IMG/VR virus record: IMGVR_UViG_3300045988_143931
Coordinates: 64,001 to 128,000 of that record
Length of the DNA stretch: 64,000 nt
Reading direction: 5' to 3' (one strand)
DNA from: a virus
In this document: piece by piece, positions 43,765 to 54,022 of the stretch
How positions within the stretch are numbered: position 1 is the stretch's first letter
Layout: each line of letters starts with the position of its first letter
Notes under the pieces: model-generated
The model's database searches: none
Seen by the model: the letters and a program-made list of their open reading frames with translations, nothing else
What the model was told of the DNA's origin: nothing
Position numbers and translations under genes: made by a program

Positions 43765-44469
43765 ATGGAAAATTTACTCAAAAAGTTTAATATATTTGAT
43801 TTATTTACTATGCTTATTCCAGGTGTGATTATTTTAACTTTATCCTGTATTTCATTATCATTCGAATATTATGACAGGTGGACAAATTGGGAAAAGGAAA
43901 AATATGTAATCTTTTTTGTAATTAGTTACTTGTTAGGTATAGTTTTTCAACAGCTTGGAAATATAGTTGATCAAAAATGGATATATAGACATGTATATGG
44001 TGGAAGCCCTAGAGAAATTTTTCTTTTAAAAGATAAATATATGAAAATACTAAATAATGAATTGGCTTATAAGGACGCATTAAATATAAAAAAGTATTTA
44101 ATTGATTATTTTGATATAGATACCAAAAATATTAGAAATATTGAACAACAAAAGCAATTAAACGCAAGAATATTTTCATATTGTTTAAACATTGTAGAAA
44201 TAAATGGGTTATCATTCAAGGCTGATAAAATGCTTGTTATTTCTGAAATGAGTAGATCATTGTCGTTAGGGTTTATATCTATAATTTTATTAAATCTGCT
44301 TATGATTCTATTTTTTCATTTTCATTATGTATTTTTTCTTATGGAAAATATTATATTATTATTTTTAGCTTATATATTTTTTGATAGAAAAAAACAATAT
44401 GAAAAGTATAGATATATAATTATTTTACGAATGTTTTCAATATATATGAGAGATAAAGAAATTAAATAA
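43765..44469 (+). CDS. multi-pass membrane protein, AT-rich cassette
   Basis: AAAGGAG RBS. TM helices at the N-terminus (LFTMLIPGVIILTLSCI, VIFFVISYLLGIVF) and the C-terminus. Confidence 0.65.
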   Translation: MENLLKKFNIFDLFTMLIPGVIILTLSCISLSFEYYDRWTNWEKEKYVIFFVISYLLGIVFQQLGNIVDQKWIYRHVYGGSPREIFLLKDKYMKILNNELAYKDALNIKKYLIDYFDIDTKNIRNIEQQKQLNARIFSYCLNIVEINGLSFKADKMLVISEMSRSLSLGFISIILLNLLMILFFHFHYVFFLMENIILLFLAYIFFDRKKQYEKYRYIIILRMFSIYMRDKEIK

Positions 44470-44512
44470 AATAGTAAAGAGTCATTTCCTTTGGAGGTGG
44501 CTCTTTTGTTAT

Positions 44513-44600
44513 GTAGTATTGGCAGAGTTGGTATTGCACCTGATTGCTAATCAGAGGTCATCGTTTATTCGGTGCATAGGTTCAAGTCCTATATACTACG
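44513..44600 (+). tRNA. tRNA-Ser (GCT), class II
   Basis: Acceptor GTAGTAT/ATACTAC, anticodon loop TTGCTAA, long variable arm, T-arm ATAGG-TTCAAGT-CCTAT. Confidence 0.8.
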
Positions 44601-44605
44601 CTCAT

Positions 44606-44689
44606 GCCGTGTGTCCGATTGGTCGAGGGTGCTGTCTTGAAAACAGTCTGGATGTAAAAGTCTTTAGGGTTCGAATCCCTAACACGGCG
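44606..44689 (+). tRNA. tRNA-Ser (TGA), class II
   Basis: Acceptor GCCGTGT/ACACGGC, anticodon loop CTTGAAA, long variable arm, T-arm TAGGG-TTCGAAT-CCCTA. Confidence 0.8.
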
Positions 44690-44788
44690 TTCTAAATAAA
44701 TTGCACTTTCATTGGAAATTTAATATTGGAAATTATGAGAAGTTATTTCGTATGAGGTGGCTTCTTTTTTATATTGAAATAAAAGGAG

Positions 44789-46114
44789 GTGGTCGTTAGT
44801 TTGGCTACGACAAAAGAGACACAGCCTACAAAATTAACGGCTGCACAATTAAAGAAGAAAATTGAAACACAGGAAGAGAAAATCAAGTCACTTAAAGAGG
44901 GTGCTTGGTGTTACATGTGTGATACTCATAAAGCTAAAGATAAATTTTATGTAAGTACAGATCCTATGAGTAAAAGTGGTCTTACTCCAATTTGTAAAGA
45001 CTGTGCAAAAAAGATAGCCCTTAAAATTGGGAAGGACAAGGTTGAACATGAGCCTGATAAGAACTCTGTAATCGAAACAATGAGGTATCTTAATAAGCCT
45101 TTTTTGTCAAAATTATGGGATGCTAGTATTCAAGAATCGGAAAATTTAGCTTTAGGCAAAGTTCGTTCTAATGGTTATTATTCATATATAAAGAATGTGG
45201 CTATGGGACAATATAACACCATGACATTTAAAGATTCGGATATTTTTGATAATCACGCAGTCGAGGACGAGACACCAAAGGAACAAACAACCGAGGAGGA
45301 ACTTATTGAGTCTCACGCAGGATTGGATACATATGATAGTTTCTTAAAAAATAAGAATGATGTTATTCGATTACTCAGCTATGATCCTTTTGAAAAAGAG
45401 GATATAGCCGACCAACCATTTTTATATTCTCAGTTATTAGGTCTATTAGATTCTAGTGAAGATGCAAATGAAGACATGATGCGTACCTCTTCCGCTATCT
45501 CTATTGTTCGTGGATTCTTACAACAATCTAAAATTGATGATACCATATCAAAATTAATGTGTGATATTTCTAATATTGAACGCAATTCTGCAACAATTAA
45601 ATCCCTACAAGAAAGTAAAGGAAAAATAACTTCGGTCATTACAAGTCTTGCTCAAGACAGTTGTATTTCATTAAAGCACAATAAAAATGCTAAAAAAGGT
45701 GAAAATACTTGGACTGGTAAAATCAAAAAAATTAAGAGTCTTAACCTACGAAGTGGTGAAGTCAATGGTTTTGACATTGATACTTGTAGAGGTATGCAAC
45801 AAGTTCAGGAAATTAGCGATGCTTCTATTATGAAGCAATTGGCACTTGACGAATCTGAATGGTCAGATATGGTTTCTGAAATGCGTGTTGTAAATACTGG
45901 TCTTCGTAAAGAAAAGGATGCTTATCAAGAAATTAATAGAATCTTATTGAGAGAAAATCTTGATTTGAGGGATACATTAAAAGAAAATAATTTACTAAAC
46001 GAAGAACAGTTAAAAGATTTAAAAGATGTTTATTCTGTTTTTGCGGAATTTGACGAAGAGAAAGAATCTCCTGATGAAGAATCAAAGGAGGTTGTTGAAA
46101 ATGAATCAGAATAA
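44789..46114 (+). CDS. hypothetical protein upstream of terminase (possible small terminase or packaging accessory)
   Basis: Zinc-ribbon CYMCD...CKDCAKK and an acidic tail. It overlaps the TerL start. The true start is probably the TTG at 44801. Function is inferred from position only. Confidence 0.4.
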   Translation: MVVSLATTKETQPTKLTAAQLKKKIETQEEKIKSLKEGAWCYMCDTHKAKDKFYVSTDPMSKSGLTPICKDCAKKIALKIGKDKVEHEPDKNSVIETMRYLNKPFLSKLWDASIQESENLALGKVRSNGYYSYIKNVAMGQYNTMTFKDSDIFDNHAVEDETPKEQTTEEELIESHAGLDTYDSFLKNKNDVIRLLSYDPFEKEDIADQPFLYSQLLGLLDSSEDANEDMMRTSSAISIVRGFLQQSKIDDTISKLMCDISNIERNSATIKSLQESKGKITSVITSLAQDSCISLKHNKNAKKGENTWTGKIKKIKSLNLRSGEVNGFDIDTCRGMQQVQEISDASIMKQLALDESEWSDMVSEMRVVNTGLRKEKDAYQEINRILLRENLDLRDTLKENNLLNEEQLKDLKDVYSVFAEFDEEKESPDEESKEVVENESE

Positions 46115-48155
46115 ACAAATGATTATGAATTACTATCAGAATGAAATTCTTGATTATGATAAGGATTTTTATAATCAATACGGAATATATGTAAAACCAC
46201 ATGGTTACTCTATTTCTTCTCGTAAAATTGAATCTTATATTCAAATCGCTGAAATCCAAAAATATCTGCAATGCAACCCAGTAAAAGCTATAGATCTCTT
46301 TTTCAATATAGAGCTTTTAGATGGGCAAGCACTTCTTGTACAAAGAAGTTGGGTTTGCCCAAATGTACTTGCAGTATGTACTCGTGGATATGGTAAAAGT
46401 ACAGTTATTGACCTTGAGATTATGTCTAAAGATATGTGTTTTTGTAATGTATGGACATATATTGCAAGCGGTACAGGTGGTCAGGCTGAACAAACTTTCA
46501 CTACTTTGGAACGACTTGCCAATGATAACATTGATACATTTTACGGTTCAACTGGTTCTTTATTTAAGAACGAGATTGAAATTAAAAATGCAGCAGGTGA
46601 TGGATTTTCACACTCGTCCAATGGTTTTTCCTATTCATGTTATAACGGATCTATGACTAGGACATTGAACGGAAATATAGATGCAAAAAGAGGTATGCGA
46701 GGAACAGTAATTTTTGACGAAAGTGGTTTCTTGTCTGATGAAATGATGAATGTATATGGTGCATTCGCTGTTGTAAATAAAAGTTTAAAAACTGGTAAAG
46801 ATATTGATGGTAATTCAATTGATCCTATCCGTCAAAGATGCTTACCAAGAGATTTATCTTATCAAAAATATTATATTAGTTCTGCTTCGTCAACAGATAC
46901 ACAATTTTGGAGATTATATAGAGATTTTTCAAAACAGCAGATTATGGGAAATCCTGACTATTGTGTATTGCATATAGATTGTGAACAAGCATTTAAACCA
47001 ACTCTTAGAGGAGAATTAGTCACTCCTCTTCTATCTCGTAATACGGTTGAATCCGAAATGAGAACAAATCCAGAAAAAGCTAGGCGTGAGTATTATTGTA
47101 TTTTTACTACAGATGCTGGTACTGACGCAATTATTCGTAGAGGTGTTATTACACGTAACGAAGAAACTAGAAAACCACTTCTATATAACGATACAGGTGA
47201 TAAAAAATTCGTCATCACATATGATCCTGCTAGAAGTCGAGATAATTCAGTCATTCTTGTTGGAGAAATTTATGAATACGAACAGGTAGACGGAAGCATT
47301 GATACAAGAATGAGATTGGTAAACTGTATTAATCTTATTGATGTTGGTAAAAAAATCAAATCTCCTATGCAGACACCAGATCAGATTGAATATTTAAAAA
47401 AAGTAATTCTTGATTATAACGGTGGAGCTGACGCATATGGAAATATTGTTGGTGTATACATTGATGCAGGTAGCGGTGGATCTGGTGTTAATATAGCTGA
47501 TTATTTAATGCCAGATTGGACAGACTCTGCTGGCATTGTTCATAGAGGCTTAATAGATAAAGAATACTCTGCCGATTATGTTAAGAAATTTCCAAATGCA
47601 GTAGACAAAGTACATCTTATGTCCCCTGCTGGTTACAAATCTGAAATGTATGAAGCAATGATAGAATTGATGAATCAGGATAAAATCAGTTTTACAGCAC
47701 AATATGACCATAAAGGCTATCTCACTGTTTTTGATGTTGATGAGAAAAAATTGGCTAAAGAAAAAGAACGAATTTCTGCTGAACTCAGAAAACAAAAAGT
47801 TAATGAAAAGGAATTTGAAACTAAGCTCAATGAAGAATTAGAGAAAATTGAATCCGTTAATACAAAAACTATAAAACTTGATTGGCAGGATGAAATTGCT
47901 CTTGCTAACATTGATGCTTTAAAAGAAGAACTTGTAAATATGGTTCGTAAGAAAAGAGATTCTGGAAAAGATTCATTTGAACTTACGCCTGAAAAAGCCA
48001 ATAAGCTCCACGATGATCGTGCGTATACGGCGTGTATGGCTTCTTACGCCCTCATGTGTGAACGTAGAAAAGCTATTACAAATAGAAAACGTCCAACCGA
48101 AGATGCCACAAGTTTCATAAATAAACTTACAATTCGTAAAGCAAAATACAATTAA
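46101..48155 (+). CDS. terL: terminase large subunit
   Basis: Walker A VCTRGYGKST, Walker B-like VIFDESGF, size about 680 aa, immediately upstream of the portal candidate. Start set at MNQNKQ (AAGGAGG 10 nt upstream). Confidence 0.8.
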   Translation: MNQNKQMIMNYYQNEILDYDKDFYNQYGIYVKPHGYSISSRKIESYIQIAEIQKYLQCNPVKAIDLFFNIELLDGQALLVQRSWVCPNVLAVCTRGYGKSTVIDLEIMSKDMCFCNVWTYIASGTGGQAEQTFTTLERLANDNIDTFYGSTGSLFKNEIEIKNAAGDGFSHSSNGFSYSCYNGSMTRTLNGNIDAKRGMRGTVIFDESGFLSDEMMNVYGAFAVVNKSLKTGKDIDGNSIDPIRQRCLPRDLSYQKYYISSASSTDTQFWRLYRDFSKQQIMGNPDYCVLHIDCEQAFKPTLRGELVTPLLSRNTVESEMRTNPEKARREYYCIFTTDAGTDAIIRRGVITRNEETRKPLLYNDTGDKKFVITYDPARSRDNSVILVGEIYEYEQVDGSIDTRMRLVNCINLIDVGKKIKSPMQTPDQIEYLKKVILDYNGGADAYGNIVGVYIDAGSGGSGVNIADYLMPDWTDSAGIVHRGLIDKEYSADYVKKFPNAVDKVHLMSPAGYKSEMYEAMIELMNQDKISFTAQYDHKGYLTVFDVDEKKLAKEKERISAELRKQKVNEKEFETKLNEELEKIESVNTKTIKLDWQDEIALANIDALKEELVNMVRKKRDSGKDSFELTPEKANKLHDDRAYTACMASYALMCERRKAITNRKRPTEDATSFINKLTIRKAKYN

Positions 48156-48173
48156 GGAGGTGCATTATCAAAT

Positions 48174-49751
48174 ATGCCAAGACCTAAGAAAGTAGATGCA
48201 AATTCTAATGCACCTGCTAAAATAAATAATTCACAGAAGAAAACCACTTCTTCTACTCCAAAACAGCCAACCACAAATGAAATGCGTGAATGGTATGAGA
48301 AAAATAAAAGTAGACTTGAACATTATGAAGACGCAACAAGTGCAATTACAAGTCTTCGAGACATTCAGAAATCATCCAGATATACGTCAATCAGTAACTA
48401 CTCAAAGGAAGATGTAAAAACATACATAAAGAATATCTCTTCTAATGAAAAGAATCTACGAAGCTTATCTCGTTATCTTTATTATCGTTCAGAAATCTAT
48501 TATCGTCTTTGTAAATATTATGCAAATCAGATTGATCTGACAATTCGTAATATAGTTCCCCCTTTTATAATCTCAGGTGAAAACGATATACAATCCACTT
48601 TACAAAAGTATCAAGAAACAGTTGATATAGTTGACACTCTAGGATTGAATTATGAATTTCGTAAAGCTGCGTCTATCACTTTAAGAGAAGATGTATTTTA
48701 TGGATGTGCTTATTATACAGAAGGACAAGGAATGTTTGTTCTTCCATTAGATCCAGATTATATGAAAATAGCAGGTATGTTTCCTGATGGTTCATTTGCA
48801 GGAGCTATGGATATGAGTTATTTCCGTAGTCATCAGGAACTTCTTGAATATTGGGGAGAGCCATTCAATAGTATGTGGAACACATATCAGAGCACAAATG
48901 AAAAATATCAGCTAATTCCAGAAGAATATAATGTATGTATTAAATTTAGGTCTGAAGACTGGGAAACCATCGTTCCCGTGCTTACACCTATATTTTTATC
49001 ATTGATTGATCTTATGGACGCTTCTGATTATCAAGCAGTTCAACAGGCAGCTAATATTTATAAATTAGTGTGGCTTGAAATGAAGACAATGGGTAATGAT
49101 GTAGATGATTGGGCTGTAAATCCAGATATAATGATTCAATATTTTAATCGTATGCTTGAAGAAGCTTTACCACCTTATATCTCTGCTGCTATTGTTCCTG
49201 GTGAATTACATGAAATTAGTTTCCCAGATGATGCTACTGGTGATGTAACAAAGGTTGAAAAAGCAACAAAAGAAATTCTTAATACGGCTGGTGGTGCTCA
49301 GATATTAAATTTAAACTCCGCTTCTAACTCTACTGCCTTTACATATGGCGTACTTGCAGATTCTACATTTTCTATTTCAACTCTTATTCCACAGATTCAA
49401 GCGATTGTAAATCGACTTTTATCTAGTTGGATATCTGAACCTTGTAAAGTTAAATTCTTTGATGTTTCTATTTATCAGAAGGATGATTTTAAAAAATCAA
49501 TCTTGGAATCATGCACTAATGGATTACCAAACAAAATTCTTTATAACACATTGAATGGTGTGTCTGAAAAAGATACGTTATCTATGAACTTTTTGGAAGA
49601 AGACTGTTTGCAACTTAGTTCAAAATTCAAACCACTATCTAGCACTTATACTCAGACAGGTAATAATAAAGGCGGTGGTCAAGAGAAGGATGATTCGGAA
49701 CTTACAGATGCTGGGCTTCGTACAAGAGACGAGAATTTAAATGATAAATAG
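48174..49751 (+). CDS. portal protein (by position and size)
   Basis: 525 aa, directly after TerL, with basic N- and C-terminal tails. Confidence 0.6.
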   Translation: MPRPKKVDANSNAPAKINNSQKKTTSSTPKQPTTNEMREWYEKNKSRLEHYEDATSAITSLRDIQKSSRYTSISNYSKEDVKTYIKNISSNEKNLRSLSRYLYYRSEIYYRLCKYYANQIDLTIRNIVPPFIISGENDIQSTLQKYQETVDIVDTLGLNYEFRKAASITLREDVFYGCAYYTEGQGMFVLPLDPDYMKIAGMFPDGSFAGAMDMSYFRSHQELLEYWGEPFNSMWNTYQSTNEKYQLIPEEYNVCIKFRSEDWETIVPVLTPIFLSLIDLMDASDYQAVQQAANIYKLVWLEMKTMGNDVDDWAVNPDIMIQYFNRMLEEALPPYISAAIVPGELHEISFPDDATGDVTKVEKATKEILNTAGGAQILNLNSASNSTAFTYGVLADSTFSISTLIPQIQAIVNRLLSSWISEPCKVKFFDVSIYQKDDFKKSILESCTNGLPNKILYNTLNGVSEKDTLSMNFLEEDCLQLSSKFKPLSSTYTQTGNNKGGGQEKDDSELTDAGLRTRDENLNDK

Positions 49752-49762
49752 GAGTTGATGGA

Positions 49763-49942
49763 ATGAACCAAAAATTTATACAAACGCAAGATGCACCTAC
49801 TGCTACTCTCCTATCTCAATTAGGATATCAACAGGTGCAAAATTCTAATGGTATTTATGTATTTTTGAATACTGATACCCTTCGGTTTTCAGAAAATATA
49901 GATATAAATAAATTAAAGTATACAAATATGCTTACATTTTAG
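49763..49942 (+). CDS. hypothetical small protein (59 aa)
   Basis: Hand-called: AGGAG RBS, ATG at 49763, TAG at 49940-49942. Confidence 0.45.
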   Translation: MNQKFIQTQDAPTATLLSQLGYQQVQNSNGIYVFLNTDTLRFSENIDINKLKYTNMLTF

Positions 49943-49966
49943 TCGTCTTCCTTGGGCGACTTTTAT
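49942..49966 (+). terminator. intrinsic terminator/attenuator
   Basis: GTCGTC/GGCGAC stem then TTTT. Confidence 0.5.
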
Positions 49967-49996
49967 TATGTCAGAAAGGAGGAAAAGACTAAGTAG

Positions 49997-51694
49997 ATGC
50001 CAAAGGTTATTAAAAAGAAAATTTTAACTGAAGATGATTTACTAAAATTCTGTCAAGAGCAGAAATTTGCAAAATTTAGTTCTAAAGATACTGGCTATCA
50101 GTTGGCTTTAAAAGTACCTACTACTTTTGAGATAGATGATACCGTAGATGAAAATCATCGTGGAATGATGCGTCTTAAATTCAGAATTTTTCATACAGGA
50201 CTTAACAGAAATAAGAGTTATGTATCAAAAGATGCTGCTGAGAAAGCAATGAATACAATTGCTGACAGACCCGTGTTGGCTGCAATCCATCAGCTTGCAG
50301 ACGGAACTTGGGATTTCGAAGGTCATGAGATGGAAATTGTTAAAGACGAAAAAGGTAATGAAGAACTTAGATATATTGAATCTCAAGTTGGCTCTTTCTC
50401 ATCTGAACCTGCGTTTTGGGAACATGATGATAATTTAGATAAAGATTATGTATGTGCTTATGCTTATATAAGTGAAGAATATACAAAGGCTTGTGAGATT
50501 ATTCGTGCCAAACAAGGTTCAAAAAATAGTTGCGAGCTTTTCATTGATGAACTCTCCTACAACGCCAAGGAGAAGTATCTTGACTTAAACGATTTCTATG
50601 TAAATGCTTCTACTTTATTAGGAAGTCATGATGACGGCACAGAAATTCAGGAAGGTATGGAAGGTTCTCGTGCCGATATTGCGGATTTTAGTGTAAATAA
50701 CAATTCAGTAAAATTTGACAAAGATGAAAAAATGATTGAACTCTTAGAAAATCTTAACAAGACACTTTCTAATTTCAATAAAGAACAGACTTCTGTTCAA
50801 ACACAATCAAAGGAAGGAGGAGCAAATAATAAAATGACAAAATTTGAAGAGTTACTTGCCAAATATGGTAAGACTGCTGAAGATGTAACATTCGACTATG
50901 CAGAAATGTCAGATGAGGAACTTGAAGCAAAATTCGCTGAGATGTTCGATAATGACAATTCAGACGGAGACAATTCAGATAACGGAGAATCTGGTGAGCC
51001 TTCCAATGATGGAGAAGGTGATGGCGAAGAAGCTTCAGAACCAGAAGGCGATGAAGGTGGAAGTCAGACTTTTGAAAAGATTGTTCGTACATATGAAATT
51101 TCTCATGAAGATACAAGATATGCGCTCTATAATCTGTTAGCACCATATGAAGAGTCAGATAATGATTATTACTACATCTCAAATGTATTTGATTCTTATT
51201 TTGTATATGAGGGTTGGTGTACTGATAAAATCTACCGCCAGAACTATACGAAAGATGGTGACAATGTTGCATTTGATGGTGAACGTATTGAATTATTCCG
51301 TGAGCTTTTAACAGCAAGTGAGAAGGCTGAACTTGAATCCATGCGTTCAAATTACGCTGCCCTCAAAGAGTTTAAAGAGACAGCAGAAAAGAATGAACTT
51401 CATACACAGAAAGAAGCCATTATCAATGCTGATAACTATTCTGTTCTTACAAAGAAAGATTCAGAGGGAAATTATGTAAATGCTGATTTCGCTGAATTAG
51501 TAAAGACTATGGATAATTATTCCGTAGAAGATTTTGAAACAAAGGTAAAAGTTATGCATTCAGATTATATGTCTGCACATGCAAACTTCTCTTCTACTGG
51601 CACAAAGAAAAACACAAATTCAGTTAAGATGTTTATGAATGTGAATAGCACAAAAAAGAAAAATAGTCGCTATGGAAATTTAAAGTTTAATTAA
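49997..51694 (+). CDS. scaffold / prohead-maturation protein candidate
   Basis: 565 aa between portal and capsid. Long acidic low-complexity linker (DNDNSDGDNSDNGESGEPSNDGEGDGEE) and coiled-coil-like C-terminal half. The N-domain is faintly prohead-protease-like. Confidence 0.45.
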   Translation: MPKVIKKKILTEDDLLKFCQEQKFAKFSSKDTGYQLALKVPTTFEIDDTVDENHRGMMRLKFRIFHTGLNRNKSYVSKDAAEKAMNTIADRPVLAAIHQLADGTWDFEGHEMEIVKDEKGNEELRYIESQVGSFSSEPAFWEHDDNLDKDYVCAYAYISEEYTKACEIIRAKQGSKNSCELFIDELSYNAKEKYLDLNDFYVNASTLLGSHDDGTEIQEGMEGSRADIADFSVNNNSVKFDKDEKMIELLENLNKTLSNFNKEQTSVQTQSKEGGANNKMTKFEELLAKYGKTAEDVTFDYAEMSDEELEAKFAEMFDNDNSDGDNSDNGESGEPSNDGEGDGEEASEPEGDEGGSQTFEKIVRTYEISHEDTRYALYNLLAPYEESDNDYYYISNVFDSYFVYEGWCTDKIYRQNYTKDGDNVAFDGERIELFRELLTASEKAELESMRSNYAALKEFKETAEKNELHTQKEAIINADNYSVLTKKDSEGNYVNADFAELVKTMDNYSVEDFETKVKVMHSDYMSAHANFSSTGTKKNTNSVKMFMNVNSTKKKNSRYGNLKFN

Positions 51695-51722
51695 AAACTT
51701 AATACAACTAACAATCAACATG

Positions 51723-51750
51723 CTCGTTGCTTTTTTGCAACGAGTTTTTT
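51723..51750 (+). terminator. intrinsic terminator/attenuator
   Basis: CTCGTTGC/GCAACGAG stem then TTTTTT. Confidence 0.7.
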
Positions 51751-51780
51751 AATGAAAAAATTTTAAGGAGGAATTTTATT

Positions 51781-52257
51781 ATGGCAAATATGTCAATTAA
51801 GTATGAAATTGCCAAACATGCAACTGCTAATCCTTCTAATGTTTTAGCAGCAAATTATGGCGAGCATATGTTTTCTGTTGAACTTACAACAGATACCGAT
51901 AATGGTAATTTAATCGCAATCGGAGATTGGAAGAGTCTCGATCTTTATAAAGAAGCTGCTGTAACTACTTTTACAGGAAAAATCGTACAGCAGATGAGCA
52001 ATGGCAATTATCTTGTACTCGTTACCGATCCTGGAGATGCAGTTTTAGTATATTCCGTTCCTGTTGGGGCTGAAGATTGGACTAATACATGGAAGAAAGA
52101 GTCAAACCTTTACAATCTGGCTGGCGACAGAGTTCGTTGCTATGGTTTACACAAATATGACACTTTTGAACTTTCTACTGAAGGATTCGATGGAAAACCA
52201 GAGGTAGGAAAGGCAATCACAGGCGTAAGTGCTAAGAAACTTACCGTTGAAGTTTAA
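51781..52257 (+). CDS. head-associated protein (decoration or accessory candidate)
   Basis: AAGGAGG RBS; start at MANMSIKY; lies immediately before the capsid candidate. Confidence 0.45.
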   Translation: MANMSIKYEIAKHATANPSNVLAANYGEHMFSVELTTDTDNGNLIAIGDWKSLDLYKEAAVTTFTGKIVQQMSNGNYLVLVTDPGDAVLVYSVPVGAEDWTNTWKKESNLYNLAGDRVRCYGLHKYDTFELSTEGFDGKPEVGKAITGVSAKKLTVEV

Positions 52258-52281
52258 TTATGGAAGGAGGTTTAAAATAAT

Positions 52282-53391
52282 ATGTTAGTATTTTCTGATA
52301 ATTTAAAAAGAGTATTCTCTAAACCAGAGAATGATTTCGAAGGCTTTAGAAAGCTTTTCTATGATTATACACATGGTATAACAGTATATGATGAGGACGG
52401 AAACGAAGTTCCTAAGAATGCTGTAAACGCAAAAATTAACAGTGTTTGTTTCGATATTTTAGGATTAGATCCTACACAGAAATATTCAAAGAGAGATATT
52501 AAAAGAGCAATGAAGAGAAACGGTCTTGAACTTATGGAGGTTCTTGAGGATACTCTTGATATTAAGGTTACAACTGGTTTACAGGAAAATGAATTCTTTA
52601 ATCAGTTTGTTGAGTCAAAGAATATTTCTCAGGGAGATAAAAATGAGTTCTGGACAGATAAGGATGTAATTCTTACTGTTGCTAAAGTATCTGGGGATCA
52701 TCATGACTTATCAATGCAGAAACTTGCAGAGGGTGAATCTTTCTCAGTAAAGACATCCAACTACGCAATCAAGGTTGGTATGGATATTGATGTATATCTT
52801 ACAGGTCGCAAAGATTGGTCTAAGTTTGTTGATGCTGTATCAATCGCTATGCAGGAAGAAGTTCAGAATGATATGCTTACAGAGGTAATGTCTGTAGGTG
52901 ATAAAATTCCTGCACAGGAAGTATTCCATGTAACAAAGGAGATTACTGCTTCTAACAAGGAATCTTTTGATCAGTTACTTGATGATGTTTCTGCTGCTAA
53001 TGGTGGAGTTGATGTAACAGTATTCGGTTTAAAGACAGACCTTAAAAAGCTTAATGCATTTACAGATGTTGATTGGGCTACAGATGCTCAGAAAGAGGAT
53101 ATGGCAAAACTTGGTAGACTTGGTACATACGAGACTACTACTCTTGTCGAAATCCCACAGAGATTTGTTAAGAATGATGTTACAAAGAAACTCATCAAGC
53201 CTGGTACTCTTCTTATTGTTCCTAATGTTGACAATAAGTTCTGCAAGTTTGTAGATGTTGGAGAAACAGAAATTGTTGAGGTTACTGAAAAGGCTGATAG
53301 AGCTGACGACTTCATGACATACGAAGTACAGAGAGAAATGGGCATCGCATGTATCTTTGATAGATACTTTGGTGTTTGGACTATTGCCTAA
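52282..53391 (+). CDS. major capsid protein candidate
   Basis: 369 aa, strong GAAGGAGG RBS, bracketed by terminators, in the expected position after the scaffold-like gene. Confidence 0.55.
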   Translation: MLVFSDNLKRVFSKPENDFEGFRKLFYDYTHGITVYDEDGNEVPKNAVNAKINSVCFDILGLDPTQKYSKRDIKRAMKRNGLELMEVLEDTLDIKVTTGLQENEFFNQFVESKNISQGDKNEFWTDKDVILTVAKVSGDHHDLSMQKLAEGESFSVKTSNYAIKVGMDIDVYLTGRKDWSKFVDAVSIAMQEEVQNDMLTEVMSVGDKIPAQEVFHVTKEITASNKESFDQLLDDVSAANGGVDVTVFGLKTDLKKLNAFTDVDWATDAQKEDMAKLGRLGTYETTTLVEIPQRFVKNDVTKKLIKPGTLLIVPNVDNKFCKFVDVGETEIVEVTEKADRADDFMTYEVQREMGIACIFDRYFGVWTIA

Positions 53392-53411
53392 ATAAAAAAA
53401 ACAGAAGTTAT

Positions 53412-53444
53412 AAGAGGTTGGTATAATCCAGCCTCTTATTTTTA
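53412..53444 (+). terminator. intrinsic terminator/attenuator
   Basis: 10-bp stem 53412-53421/53428-53437 then ATTTTTAT. Confidence 0.7.
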
Positions 53445-53464
53445 TGGAACGAAAGGATTATAAA

Positions 53465-54007
53465 ATGGCTTATACAAAGAAAACAACAACTCCAAAGACG
53501 GAGAATAAAGAAGAAAAAGAATCTACAGTTAAAAAGGAAGTTAGAAAGTTTGATGCAACAGATGCCATTGAATGTAAATCAATTGTTTCTGGATGTCTTG
53601 GTATGATTGGAATTAAATCAGGTGTGAATTATGAATGGGCTGGTCGTGGCGATGTTACAGAGGTGGAGTATCAGGATCTTGTAGCTGCTATTCGTTCAGG
53701 TAAGAGACATATTACAGAACCTTTCTTTATCATTCAGGACGAAGATTTTCTTGCAGAATTTCCGCAGGTTCAGAAAATTTATACAACTATGTATTCAGTT
53801 GGCGACTTAGAAGATTTGTTAATTAACCCAGATGCAGATACCATGATTGCGACAATTGAAACACTTCCAGATGGTGCAAAAGAATCAATTAAAAATATTG
53901 CAGCAACTTTGATAGCAAACGGACGTGTTGATAGCGTAAAGAAAATAAAAGCACTTGATGCATTTTATGGGACGAATTTTACACTGATGTCTGAATTATT
54001 TGAATAG
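53465..54007 (+). CDS. virion module protein
   Basis: Track ORF trimmed to MAYTKKTT (GAAAGGA RBS). Confidence 0.55.
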   Translation: MAYTKKTTTPKTENKEEKESTVKKEVRKFDATDAIECKSIVSGCLGMIGIKSGVNYEWAGRGDVTEVEYQDLVAAIRSGKRHITEPFFIIQDEDFLAEFPQVQKIYTTMYSVGDLEDLLINPDADTMIATIETLPDGAKESIKNIAATLIANGRVDSVKKIKALDAFYGTNFTLMSELFE

Positions 54008-54022
54008 TAAGGGAGGCTCACA

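Noticed and set aside
22750-44700. Stop-codon reassignment as an explanation for the ORF-free blocks.
   Set aside because: Long genes throughout the window (terminase, portal, RNAP, endolysin and others) are intact under the standard code. None of the tRNAs has a CTA, TCA or TTA suppressor anticodon.
46026-46100. Upstream extension of the terminase ORF (track start 46026).
   Set aside because: The extension overlaps the preceding gene and has no RBS. An ATG at 46101 sits 10 nt after AAGGAGG.
50775-51350. 191-aa minus-strand ORF inside the scaffold-like gene.
   Set aside because: It is antisense to the acidic repeat region, where GAT/GAA-rich codons leave the opposite strand free of stops. 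The product is His/Leu-rich nonsense.
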